In this document: positions 20,239 to 29,793 of the stretch, piece after piece
Position numbering within the stretch: position 1 is the first letter of the stretch
Layout: every line of letters begins with the position of its first letter
NCBI GenBank assembly: GCA_036703295.1
Contig: DATNPJ010000034.1
Span: forward strand, 85,482 to 149,481
Direction of reading: 5' to 3'
Source of the DNA: Coleofasciculaceae cyanobacterium
Lineage (GTDB): Bacteria > Cyanobacteriota > Vampirovibrionia > Vampirovibrionales > Vampirovibrionaceae
Length of the DNA stretch: 64,000 nt
Made by a program: the position numbers and the translations under genes
The notes under the pieces: model-generated
What the model was told of the DNA's origin: nothing
Seen by the model: only the letters and a program-made list of their open reading frames with translations
The model's database searches: none

Positions 20239-21231
20239 ATTTACGAAGAGTTTATTGCCGCCATTGATGAGGCCAAAACTGTTTTTATCACGGCGCATGT
20301 GGGCCCGGATGGCGATACGCTGGGCTCGATGCTCGGGTTCAAGTTCGCACTGGAAAAGGCGCGCCCGCACATTCAGCGTATCGACTGCGTGATTTCAGGC
20401 AAAATGCCCGATACCTACGCTTTCCTGCCGGGACTCAAGGACGTGCATCGCATGGAAACGGCGACCACCCTGCTGCCGCAGTACGATATGGCGATCTGCA
20501 TGGATTGCGGTTCGGCGGATCGGTTGGGATTGGCCCAGCCCTTGTTTGAATCGGCCAAGGTGAACGCGAACATCGACCACCACATCAGCAATGCCCGTTT
20601 TGCGAAAATCAACGTGGTGGAAATTGCCGCTTCCGCCAGCGCCGAGGTGGTTTTTGACATCTTGAAAGTCATGAAGATTCCCATGGACGCCAATATTGCC
20701 ACGGGCCTCTATACGGGTATCGTGACCGATACCGGCGGCTTCAAGTACAGCAACACTACCGCCAAGGTGATGGAGATCACCGCCCAACTGATTGCTGGTG
20801 GGGCGGACCCCGAGTACATCTTCAAGCAGCTTTACGAAGAACAGCCCATGTGCCAGGTGATGTTGCAGGCCGATGCCCTGCTGCATACCCGCTTCAACGC
20901 GGACAAGACCATCGGCTGGGCAATTGTCACCCGCGAGATGCTGAATCGTCATGGCGCGCTGGATGAGCACATTGATGGGCTGGTGGAATCCATCCGGCGC
21001 ATTGATACGGTGCTGATTGCCGTGGTGTACAAGGAAACGGACGGCGGTATCACCAAGGTCAGCATTCGCAGCGATACGCATGACATTGATGTCTCGGCGG
21101 TAATGGCCGAGTTCGGCGGCGGAGGCCACAAGATGGCCGCCGGTTGCACCATCCCCCTCCCAATTACCGCCGCCCCCGAAAAGCTAAACCCCATGCTGGA
21201 AGATCAGGTCCGCCAGCGCGCGCTGGTGTGA
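20239..21231 (+). CDS. nrnA: DHH/DHHA1-family nanoRNase/pAp phosphatase (NrnA-like).
   Basis: HVGPDGDTLGS (DHH motif I), DHH and a C-terminal GGGH (DHHA1) are present. The true start is ambiguous. The only in-frame codon at proper distance from AAGGAG is ATT (20239). The ORF track start at 19969 overlaps mazG and the promoter and is not credible. Confidence 0.75.
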   Translation: MYEEFIAAIDEAKTVFITAHVGPDGDTLGSMLGFKFALEKARPHIQRIDCVISGKMPDTYAFLPGLKDVHRMETATTLLPQYDMAICMDCGSADRLGLAQPLFESAKVNANIDHHISNARFAKINVVEIAASASAEVVFDILKVMKIPMDANIATGLYTGIVTDTGGFKYSNTTAKVMEITAQLIAGGADPEYIFKQLYEEQPMCQVMLQADALLHTRFNADKTIGWAIVTREMLNRHGALDEHIDGLVESIRRIDTVLIAVVYKETDGGITKVSIRSDTHDIDVSAVMAEFGGGGHKMAAGCTIPLPITAAPEKLNPMLEDQVRQRALV

Positions 21232-21376
21232 TGCCATTTTATTCCGCTGGCAGGTAAGCGTGTAACAAATTGTAATATCCACCCCCCCCTGAGCAATTTA
21301 CCTGCTTGACGGCATTGATTACTCATACAAGTGCTTGGGAAGTTCCCATGCCTTTAGTGAGTGAATCATAAGGAAG

Positions 21377-21775
21377 TTGTTGATGAATCCTACGTCTCTA
21401 AATCCATCCCCTCATCCTGCTTTGACTTTCGGACAAAAAAATACCCTGAGAGCAGGGTTGGTGTCACTCGCCCTATTGGGGGCAGGGGCCGGTCTTGGAT
21501 ATGTGGCAAATAACCAACCATCCAAACCCGTAGCTTGCGATCAGCCTGGCGTATCCATTGATGCTGATGGAACCGCTGTAACCTCGTTTAGTTGCGAGCC
21601 TGATCGTGTAGAATTCAATGGAGACAAGTGCAAAAAGTTATCGCCACAATTTCCTGATTCTGTCAAGGATGATAAAGGTAAACCACTGCGCATGGATCTC
21701 TTTATCTGTCGAACTAAACCGGATACGACAATTTTGAAGGGGTTTCGGTCTCTCCATGAGGAAAAACCTCAATAA
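21377..21775 (+). CDS. Small secreted/membrane-anchored hypothetical protein.
   Basis: 132 aa with lower GC. It has an N-terminal hydrophobic segment (LVSLALLGAGAGLGYV) and four Cys. A hairpin terminator follows. Confidence 0.45.
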   Translation: MLMNPTSLNPSPHPALTFGQKNTLRAGLVSLALLGAGAGLGYVANNQPSKPVACDQPGVSIDADGTAVTSFSCEPDRVEFNGDKCKKLSPQFPDSVKDDKGKPLRMDLFICRTKPDTTILKGFRSLHEEKPQ

Positions 21776-21795
21776 TTTGAAGCCTTTTTAGAAAT

Positions 21796-21826
21796 AAAAA
21801 GCCTTCAAATTATTGAGGGCTTTTTT
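21796..21826. terminator. Bidirectional rho-independent terminator.
   Basis: The element reads AAAAA-GCCTTCAA-atta-TTGAGGGC-TTTTTT. It has an 8-bp stem with one G-U pair and lies between the convergent small ORF (+) and waaA (-). Confidence 0.65.
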
Positions 21827-21878
21827 ATGACAGTGTCGGCTCAGGCTATGTCAATTGGCTGGGAATGTTGATGGGCCG

Positions 21879-23174
21879 TCAGGATAAATAGCTGCGGATG
21901 GCTTTGAGGATGATTTCTTTGGCGCCTCGGTTGTTTTCCAGCAGTTGCAGGCCGGTTTCTACCACGGTGTCGTAAATCTCAGGCTGGGTCAGCAGCTCGG
22001 TCACGGCGTTGACCAGTTCCGGCTGGCTATGGACCTGGGTGCCCGCCCGGCATTCCAATATCATCCGGCTGATTTCCGTAAAATTCTCCATGTGCGGCCC
22101 AAAAATCACCGGGACGCGTTGGCTCAGGGGCTCCAGCGGGTTCTGGCCGCCTTTTTCCACGAAGCTGCCGCCCATAATCGCAATCCGGCTGAGGCTATAG
22201 ACCGTCAGCAGCTCCCCGATGGAATCCAGGACCACGATAGGCTGACGGTTGGGGTTTTCTTCGCTCAACTGACTGCGCAGCGCGTAATTCAAGGCTTTGC
22301 TGTTCAGGATGCTCTTGATTTCAGGCGCGCGCTCGGGATGTCGCGGAGCCAGGACCAGCTTCAGCTCGGGAAAGTCCTTGCGCAACAACTGGTAAGTTTC
22401 CACCAAGAACTGGTCTTCGCCGGAATGCGTGCTGGCACAGGTCAGCACGGTGTCGTCTTCGGCAATGTTCAGCAAGTGCGCCAGCACGGTGCGACGCGTG
22501 AGATCCAGACTGGGAATCAGATCGAATTTCAGGTTGCCCACCACCGTCATCTGCTCCGGGGGCAGGTCACCCAGTTGCCCGATGCGGTCGGCATCCGCCT
22601 GGGACTGCATGTAGAGGTGCGTAATCTGGTTCAGACAGGGCTTAATCAGCAGCTTGATCCACTGATACCCTTTGCAGGAGTGCCGGGAGAGTCGTCCGTT
22701 GATGAGCAGCAGCGGAGTCTGGTAGCGCTGGGTTGCCACATCGATGAAATTGGGCCACAGCTCGGTTTCCGTAATCACCACCAGATCGGGGCGGACTTTT
22801 TGCATGGCGCGGTGGATGGCGGGTCGCAGATCGTAGGGGAAATACAGCACCGGCAGATCCGGGAAAGTCCGCTGGGCCAGGTCGTGGCCGGTGCGGGTGG
22901 TGGTGGAGACAATCACCTCATACGCTTCGCGCAGCTCGGGAATCAGTGACCGGATGGCGTTGAATTCCCCCACCGACACCGCGTGAAACCAGATGCGTTC
23001 CCGCTCTTCGCGTGGTGCCAGTTTTTTAGCCAATTCCGGCGGATAGAAGCCCAGTTTTTCCCAAAAACCGGCGCGGGCCTTGGGCACCAGAATCAGGTAA
23101 CCAATCCATAGCGGCGCCAACACAAGCAGGCCCCAGAACAGCAATAAATTGTAGAGGATGCGGGTCAGACCCAT
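21879..23174 (-). CDS. waaA: 3-deoxy-D-manno-octulosonic acid (Kdo) transferase.
   Basis: 431 aa with an N-terminal TM anchor and the Kdo-transferase GT30 pattern (WFHAVSVGE, C-terminal GGS...GQNPLEP). Confidence 0.85.
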   Translation of the reverse strand: MGLTRILYNLLLFWGLLVLAPLWIGYLILVPKARAGFWEKLGFYPPELAKKLAPREERERIWFHAVSVGEFNAIRSLIPELREAYEVIVSTTTRTGHDLAQRTFPDLPVLYFPYDLRPAIHRAMQKVRPDLVVITETELWPNFIDVATQRYQTPLLLINGRLSRHSCKGYQWIKLLIKPCLNQITHLYMQSQADADRIGQLGDLPPEQMTVVGNLKFDLIPSLDLTRRTVLAHLLNIAEDDTVLTCASTHSGEDQFLVETYQLLRKDFPELKLVLAPRHPERAPEIKSILNSKALNYALRSQLSEENPNRQPIVVLDSIGELLTVYSLSRIAIMGGSFVEKGGQNPLEPLSQRVPVIFGPHMENFTEISRMILECRAGTQVHSQPELVNAVTELLTQPEIYDTVVETGLQLLENNRGAKEIILKAIRSYLS

Positions 23175-23365
23175 AAAGCAGCGACAAATGATATAAAACG
23201 TTAATCATCATACCGCATTTAAGCCCAGGAAGCGATGCTGCTGACGAGGCCCTCCAGGCTGACATCAGAACACCATGCCTTAAACGTAAACGTTGGCAAA
23301 CTTAGATCACAGGGAGTTCTTCTACTGGCTGACCTCAGGAACGGAGTGCCAGATCAGTTAGGTCT

Positions 23366-23890
23366 TTAAGCGTGTGCCATACACTGCTTTAGGTGTTCGA
23401 TGGCTTGGTAGGCCATGAGATACCGGGGTTCCAGATCGAGGGCCTGCTTGTAGTGCCGGTAGGCGTTCAGCACATCTCCCTGGTATTCTCTGGCCCGGCC
23501 CAGGTTGAAGTGGGCAAAATGATAGGCGCGGTAACGCTTGGCAATCAGCGCTTTTTCCAGGTAGGGTTCCGCTTCGCCGTATTCGCCCTTGGCAATCAGA
23601 TACGCGCCAATGTCGTTATACGGGTTGCCGAACTCCGGGTCGACCGCGATGGCGCGCTCGCATTCTTCGATGGCGACTTCCAACTCGCCCATGAAGCTGT
23701 AGGTCCAACCCAAAAATGTGTGGGCTTCCGCAGTGGGGTAAATCTCGATGGATTCCTGGTATTTTTCGATGGCTTTGTCGTAATCCTGCCGCAACTGGGC
23801 GTGATAGGCCTCATAGAAACAATCAAGCGCCTGGCGGCGTTTGCGTTGGGTTCGGCTGCGTTCAAACGAGAGAAGGTGTGGTGTGGCCAT
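23366..23890 (-). CDS. TPR-repeat protein.
   Basis: 174 aa containing at least four 34-aa TPR units (AEAHTFLGWTYSFMGELEVAIEECERAIAVDP, etc.). Confidence 0.8.
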   Translation of the reverse strand: MATPHLLSFERSRTQRKRRQALDCFYEAYHAQLRQDYDKAIEKYQESIEIYPTAEAHTFLGWTYSFMGELEVAIEECERAIAVDPEFGNPYNDIGAYLIAKGEYGEAEPYLEKALIAKRYRAYHFAHFNLGRAREYQGDVLNAYRHYKQALDLEPRYLMAYQAIEHLKQCMAHA

Positions 23891-23998
23891 AGGGTCTCAT
23901 AATCCTTGACAACATCCTGTTCTGGTGCGGACATTCTAGCGAAAAAGCACTCCCCTGGGTATCGTCTGCTTCGTAAACATTTGCGAATGCCCGCCAAC

Positions 23999-24031
23999 GA
24001 AACAGGCCGCCCATGGCGAGCGGCCTGTTTC
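23999..24031. terminator. Strong hairpin downstream of rpoC2, probably the operon terminator.
   Basis: GAAACAGGCCGC-ccatggcga-GCGGCCTGTTTC is a perfect 12-bp inverted repeat 24 nt after the rpoC2 stop. The U-tract is only partial (GUUUCGUU on the minus strand). Confidence 0.55.
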
Positions 24032-24054
24032 AAGATTTGATGAGGGCTTAACGC

Positions 24055-27000
24055 TTATTCATCTTCAAGGATGGCGTCACTTTCGAAGTCTTCATCGAGG
24101 CTTTCGCCCACCTGCTCGACGTGCATCGAAGAGTCATCGATGAGCAGGCTTTCCATGGTTTCCTCGGAGATTTCGGGCGAGCCGAACATGCTCTCGATTT
24201 CTTCCAGGATGGCCGACGGCTTGCGCAGGGTAGACTTGGCAGCCAATGCCTGCTCGGCTTCGTCGAACATATCCGCCCGTTCGTCCTTGAAGTGCGGGAA
24301 GCCGGTACCGGCCGGGATCAATCGACCGATAATCACGTTTTCCTTCAGGCCGCGCAGGAAGTCTCTTTTCCCTTCCACGGCGGCTTCGGTCAGAACGCGG
24401 GTAGTCTCCTGGAAGGAAGCCGCGGAGATGAAGCTTTCGGTGTTCAGGGACGCCTTGGTGATACCGAGCAGCACCGGGTGGTACTCGGCCAGCAGACGGC
24501 CTTCCTTGCCTTCAATCGCCTTGTTGGCATCCGCCACAATTTTCTCATCCAGCAGTTCACCGCCCAGCAGGATGGTGTCACCGGCTTCGTCCACGCGCAC
24601 CTTCTTGGTCATCTGACGAACGATCACCTCAATGTGCTTGTCGGCGATTTCCACGCCTTGAGAACGATAGACGCGCTGCACCTCTTCCACGAGGTAGCTA
24701 CGAACCGCCTCGATACCACTGATAGCCAGGATGTCGTGCGGATTGATCGGGCCGTCGGTGAGTGCCTGTCCGGCTTTTATCTGCTGCTTGTCTTCCACGA
24801 TGATGGTGGAGCCCACCGGCACCTGGATTTCCTCGCGGCCGTTGTTGCTGACCAGGAACAGACGCTGGAGGTCTTCTTCCCACTGGATGTCAACCGTGCC
24901 TTCCACCGGCGAGATGACGGCGGATTCTTTCGGCTTGCGGCCTTCCAGCAGTTCTTCAACCCTCGGAAGACCCTGGACGATGTCCCCGGTCTTCTGCCGT
25001 TCAAAGATCAGCGATGCGACCAAGTCGCCCCGCTGCACCAGCGCCCGGTTCTCAACCTGCAGCAAGGTGCCGCCGGAAATGAGGTAAGGACGCGCTTCGC
25101 GCAGGGTTACGGACTTGGCGTCCACTTCGGACACCTGGCCGGAAACCGGGGTTTTTTCGGTTTTTCCGACCAGCTGGTCCACGGTGACGAAATCGCCGAC
25201 TCGAACCGACGATTTTTCAGAGGTGCTGATTTTCACTTCATGATCTTCGGTGATCAGCAGTACTCGGCGGACATCCTTGCCAGCCGGCGCGTTGCCGAGG
25301 CTCACGCGACCGCGGGTCTGGGTGATAACCTGGGTTTTCACCACCGGGGTCCGTTTCTCGATGATCTGGCCGTCTTCCACCAGCAGTTGGGTCTGGGTGG
25401 CGGTCTTTTGCAGCATGCCGCTGGTGGTCGGGGATTCGCGACGGATGGTCAAGTTCTCAAGCACCACAACCTTCAGGTTCGGGCTGTCGTTTTTCTTGCC
25501 GGTTCCTTCTTTAATCTCGGCCACGCCTCTCAGACGTTCCAGATAGCCCTTCATCTGCAATACCAGCGAGGTCCGCAGAATCGGTGCGCCTTCGATGTGA
25601 CGGATTTTGTCGCCGTCCTTCACTTGCAGCTGGGTGACCGGAACGACGGTAATGTTGTCCGGATCGGTGGAGTCGAACTGGATGTTCACCTGGCGGGGCG
25701 CCACTTCAAACTCCTGGTAAGGCCGCAGCAGGACATCGGCGTATTCCAGGTCGCTGGTGTCTTCAATGTCCTCGTCGTCCTCGGGTTCCTCGATCTGGAA
25801 GTTGATGGTAACCACGCAATCTTCCGTTGCCTTGATACCCGGGGCGATTTCGGTGCCCTTGGAGACCACCGTGCCGTCATCGACGTTCAGGGTGCTGATG
25901 TCGTCAACGCGGTACAGTTTGCCGGGACGAACGACCACTTCGCGGATGATGTCGTTCTCTTCCACAATTTCCACGATCCCATCGGTCTGGGCCATGATGC
26001 CCTTCACGATTTCGGTGCCGACGGTGACTTCCATCCCAGACTCGATACCGGGTACCTTCAGCGAGATATCTTTGCTGACCTGGTGAATCTCTTCCGGGAG
26101 GAAGAGGATTTTGCCAGGCTGGGTCAGAATCCGTTGCTCGTCGACTTCAACGTCGAGATAGCGAATCTGGCCGCTGGTGGGCACCGCCATGGTCTCATCA
26201 ATCAGCTCGGCCACGATGCTGCCGTTCTCCACCGAGGTGCCTTCCGGCGACTTCACGATGTAGGTTTCGTCCTCATCGGTCACCTTCCAGAGCTGTTCCT
26301 TCTTGGTTTGGACCAGTTCGGCGTTGGTGGGCGTGATGCTGGCGATGATGATCGTCAACTCCTTGCCGGTGGTGATGCGTTTCGCGATTTCCTTGCCGGT
26401 TTTGATGTCTTCGGTTTCCAGATCCGCGGGGATGCGGACCTCTCCACCATGTTCGCTGGAAACGTGCATTTCAGCGATGATTTCACCTTCCGTCAACGCT
26501 TGGCCATCAGTGACGAGATGCTTAGCGCCGGTCGGCAGGTTGTAGACATCACCGCCAAGAACCCAGATGGTGCCGGGACGGTTGGCGGTCCGGCTGATGT
26601 TGCCCTGGCGATCCCGTTTTTCATCGGCCTCGAAGCCTTGGAACCAGATCTCACCACTCATGTCAGACGTGATGTCCTTGGTGGCTCGCTCGGTCCGGCG
26701 GCCTGCGGTCGGCTCGAACGAAGCCAGCATCTGGCCTTTTGTCACTTTGTCGCCTGCGCCAACCATCAGCTGGGTGTTATAGGGCAGGTTGTATTTGTCG
26801 GTTTTGCCGTCGTCGGTTTTGATTTCCAGGACACAGTCGCGGGTGGTCATATCCACCACTTCCCCGTGACGGGTCCGATACTCACGCACCGGCATCTTGC
26901 TGGTCACTTCACCCGCATGCTTGGAGGAGAAAATCTCGCGCTTGCCCATGCCGCCGACCGCACCGCCGGTGTGGAAGGTACGCATGGTTAGCTGGGTGCC

Positions 27001-28005
27001 GGGTTCCCCGATGGATTGGGCAGCCATAATACCGATAGCTTCGCCAATATCGACGGCCTTGTTGCTGGTGAGAGACCAGCCATAGCATTTCTGGCAGATG
27101 CCGACCTCGCTCGCGCAGGTCAGAACCGAACGTAGCTTCAATTCCTTGATGCCGGCCTTCTCGATTGCTTCCGCCATGGCAGGGTTGATGATCTCTCCGG
27201 CAGAAGCCAGGACTTCGCCGTCTTCGTTCACCACATTGTTAGCGGTGGCACGGGAAATCGAACGATCCGCCAGCGATACCATCTCGGATTCGCCTTCCAG
27301 AATGGCGGTGGTCAGGATACCGTTGGTGGTTCCACAATCGGCTTCCTGAATAATCACATCCTGGGCCACGTCTACCAGGCGGCGGGTCAGGTATCCGGAG
27401 TCGGCGGTTTTCAACGCCGTGTCTACCAGACCTTTCCGGGCGCCATAACTGGAGATGATGTACTCGGTTACGGAAAGACCTTCCCGGAAGTTGGATTTAA
27501 TCGGAAGGTCGATAATCTGGCCTTGGGCGTCGGCCATCAGACCGCGCATCCCGACCAGCTGACGGACCTGGGAAAGGTTCCCACGGGCGCCGGAGAAGGC
27601 CATCATGTACACCGGGTTCAGACGGTCGAAGCTGTCGACCACGGCCTTGGTCAGGCGTTCGGTGGTTTCGCCCCAGGTGTCGATAACCTTGGTATAACGT
27701 TCTACCTCGGTAATCTCGCCCTTGATGAATCGTTGAGTGGCGCGATCAATCTCGGCCTCGGCTTCCGCCAGCATCTTCTTCTTCTCTTCCGGAACGGTCA
27801 GGTCATCAATGGAAATGGTAACACCAGCCTGGGTCGCGTAGCGGAATCCCAGATCCTTCAGGCTGTTGGCCAGTGTGCCGGTTTTGGCCATGCCGTGTTC
27901 GGCATAGACTTTGGCCAGCAAGCGGTTCAGTTCTTTCTTATCAACAACCTTGTTGATGAACTCGACCTGTTTTTTGGGGGTTTTATTCGGAGACAAAATG
28001 CTCAT
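24055..28005 (-). CDS. rpoC2: DNA-directed RNA polymerase subunit beta' (C-terminal part of split RpoC).
   Basis: ~1316 aa covering the beta' regions from the trigger loop/jaw to the C-terminus. The start was chosen at MSILSPNK (ATG 28005), 40 nt after the rpoC1 stop. The ORF track extends into rpoC1. Confidence 0.9.
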   Translation of the reverse strand: MSILSPNKTPKKQVEFINKVVDKKELNRLLAKVYAEHGMAKTGTLANSLKDLGFRYATQAGVTISIDDLTVPEEKKKMLAEAEAEIDRATQRFIKGEITEVERYTKVIDTWGETTERLTKAVVDSFDRLNPVYMMAFSGARGNLSQVRQLVGMRGLMADAQGQIIDLPIKSNFREGLSVTEYIISSYGARKGLVDTALKTADSGYLTRRLVDVAQDVIIQEADCGTTNGILTTAILEGESEMVSLADRSISRATANNVVNEDGEVLASAGEIINPAMAEAIEKAGIKELKLRSVLTCASEVGICQKCYGWSLTSNKAVDIGEAIGIMAAQSIGEPGTQLTMRTFHTGGAVGGMGKREIFSSKHAGEVTSKMPVREYRTRHGEVVDMTTRDCVLEIKTDDGKTDKYNLPYNTQLMVGAGDKVTKGQMLASFEPTAGRRTERATKDITSDMSGEIWFQGFEADEKRDRQGNISRTANRPGTIWVLGGDVYNLPTGAKHLVTDGQALTEGEIIAEMHVSSEHGGEVRIPADLETEDIKTGKEIAKRITTGKELTIIIASITPTNAELVQTKKEQLWKVTDEDETYIVKSPEGTSVENGSIVAELIDETMAVPTSGQIRYLDVEVDEQRILTQPGKILFLPEEIHQVSKDISLKVPGIESGMEVTVGTEIVKGIMAQTDGIVEIVEENDIIREVVVRPGKLYRVDDISTLNVDDGTVVSKGTEIAPGIKATEDCVVTINFQIEEPEDDEDIEDTSDLEYADVLLRPYQEFEVAPRQVNIQFDSTDPDNITVVPVTQLQVKDGDKIRHIEGAPILRTSLVLQMKGYLERLRGVAEIKEGTGKKNDSPNLKVVVLENLTIRRESPTTSGMLQKTATQTQLLVEDGQIIEKRTPVVKTQVITQTRGRVSLGNAPAGKDVRRVLLITEDHEVKISTSEKSSVRVGDFVTVDQLVGKTEKTPVSGQVSEVDAKSVTLREARPYLISGGTLLQVENRALVQRGDLVASLIFERQKTGDIVQGLPRVEELLEGRKPKESAVISPVEGTVDIQWEEDLQRLFLVSNNGREEIQVPVGSTIIVEDKQQIKAGQALTDGPINPHDILAISGIEAVRSYLVEEVQRVYRSQGVEIADKHIEVIVRQMTKKVRVDEAGDTILLGGELLDEKIVADANKAIEGKEGRLLAEYHPVLLGITKASLNTESFISAASFQETTRVLTEAAVEGKRDFLRGLKENVIIGRLIPAGTGFPHFKDERADMFDEAEQALAAKSTLRKPSAILEEIESMFGSPEISEETMESLLIDDSSMHVEQVGESLDEDFESDAILEDE

Positions 28006-28045
28006 CAGGTTAAAGTCCTCGTTAATGCCTAATATGCCTTTGGGC

Positions 28046-29764
28046 TTACTGGAGAACCGCTTGGCGGACAGTTTTATTGAAAATAATGCGTCCGGCGGTG
28101 GTTTCAATCAACTGGCCAGTCTCATCCCTTACGATGACCTTGGCATGCAGATCGATAACCCCGGCTTCGTAGGCGGACAGTGCGTCTTCAAAGCTGAAGA
28201 ACTTCATGCCGGCGCCCTTGATCGCTTTCGGATTGTCCAGGGTCAGGTAGTAAATCCCCAGGACCATGTCCTGCGAAGGCGTGATAATCGGTCTGCCGGT
28301 TGCCGGTTGCAGCGCGTTGTTCGTGGCCATCATCAACATGCGGGCCTCGGTTTGCGCTTCCACGGACAACGGCACATGTACGGCCATCTGGTCACCGTCA
28401 AAGTCGGCGTTGAAGGCGGTACAAACCAGCGGGTGCAGCTGGATGGCGCGGCCTTCCACCAATACCGGCTCGAATGCCTGGATGCCCAGACGGTGCAGCG
28501 TGGGAGCACGGTTCAGCAGGACCGGGTGTCCTTTAATGACCTCTTCCAGCACATCCCAGACAACGGTTTCCTGGCGCTCAATGGTCTTCTTGGCCGATTT
28601 GATGTTCTGGCTCTCGCCGCGCTCGATCAGCTTGTTGATGACGAACGGCTTGAACAGCTCGATGGCCATCTCTTTGGGCAGACCGCACTGGTGCAGCTTC
28701 AGGCGGGGGCCGACCACGATGACCGAACGGCCGGAGTAGTCGACACGCTTACCGAGCAAGTTCTGACGGAAGCGGCCCTGTTTCCCCTCGATGATATTGG
28801 AGAGGGATTTCAGCGGACGGTTGTTGGGGCCGACCACCGTACGACCACGGCGGCCGTTGTCAATCAAGGCATCAACGGCTTCCTGCAGCATCCGTTTCTC
28901 GTTCCGGACGATGATTTCGGGCGCGCCCATTTCCAGCAGACGGGAGAGGCGGTTGTTCCGGTTGATCACCCGGCGGTAGAGGTCGTTGAGGTCGGAAGTC
29001 GCGAAACGACCGCCATCCAGCTGCACCATGGGGCGCAAGTCCGGCGGGATAACCGGCAACACGTCCATGACCATCCAGCTGGGGTTGGTGCCGCTGTTAA
29101 TCAGGGATTCTACCAGTCTCAGACGCTTCAGCGGCTTGACCCGTTTCTGGGAAGAACCGGTGATTTCCTCCAGCTCGGTTTTCAGACCGTCGCTCATTTC
29201 CTGGAGATTCAGGCGGGACAGTAGCACCTGGATGGCTTCCGCACCGATACCGACTTCCAGCTGAGCTTCTTCATTCTCTTCCAGGATATTTTCGTATTCT
29301 TCCTCGGAGAGCAACTGGTGGGCTTTCAGCTCAGTGTTACCCGGATCCAGCACCACATAGGAGTTGAAGTAGATGATCTGCTCCAGATCCTTCAGGGACA
29401 TATCCAGAATCAGGCCCAGGTAGCTGGGAATGCCTTTCAGGAACCAGATATGGGTGACCGGCGCGGCCAACTTGATGTGGCCCATCCGGTGGCGACGCAC
29501 TTTGGATTCGGTGACTTCCACACCGCAGCGCTCGCAGACAATCCCTCTGTGGCGAACGCGCTTGTATTTACCGCAATAGCACTCCCAGTCCTTGGAGGGG
29601 CCAAAGATGCGCTCGCAGAACAAGCCGTCCCGCTCGGGTTTCAGGGTCCGGTAGTTGATGGTTTCCGGCTTCATGACCTCGCCATGAGACCAGTTCAGGA
29701 CGCGTTCAGGTGAGGCGATCCCGATCTTGATAAAGTCAAACTGATCGATGTTGGTACTAACCAC
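28046..29764 (-). CDS. rpoC1: DNA-directed RNA polymerase subunit gamma (N-terminal part of split RpoC).
   Basis: 572 aa. It contains the zinc-binding motif CxxCxxxxxxxxxxxxCxxC ([27 protein letters not shown]) and the catalytic NADFDGDQM motif. It ends before the region that continues in rpoC2. Confidence 0.92.
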   Translation of the reverse strand: MVSTNIDQFDFIKIGIASPERVLNWSHGEVMKPETINYRTLKPERDGLFCERIFGPSKDWECYCGKYKRVRHRGIVCERCGVEVTESKVRRHRMGHIKLAAPVTHIWFLKGIPSYLGLILDMSLKDLEQIIYFNSYVVLDPGNTELKAHQLLSEEEYENILEENEEAQLEVGIGAEAIQVLLSRLNLQEMSDGLKTELEEITGSSQKRVKPLKRLRLVESLINSGTNPSWMVMDVLPVIPPDLRPMVQLDGGRFATSDLNDLYRRVINRNNRLSRLLEMGAPEIIVRNEKRMLQEAVDALIDNGRRGRTVVGPNNRPLKSLSNIIEGKQGRFRQNLLGKRVDYSGRSVIVVGPRLKLHQCGLPKEMAIELFKPFVINKLIERGESQNIKSAKKTIERQETVVWDVLEEVIKGHPVLLNRAPTLHRLGIQAFEPVLVEGRAIQLHPLVCTAFNADFDGDQMAVHVPLSVEAQTEARMLMMATNNALQPATGRPIITPSQDMVLGIYYLTLDNPKAIKGAGMKFFSFEDALSAYEAGVIDLHAKVIVRDETGQLIETTAGRIIFNKTVRQAVLQ

Positions 29765-29793
29765 AACGGGTCTCCTTTAAATTTGAAATGCTT

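Noticed and set aside
24121-26991. 956-aa plus-strand ORF (and several 100-440-aa ORFs at 27.5-29.7 kb) antisense to rpoC2/rpoC1.
   Set aside because: They overlap the highly conserved RNAP genes throughout. They have Arg/Gly/Val-rich composition typical of antisense frames in high-GC DNA and no start or SD context. They are spurious.
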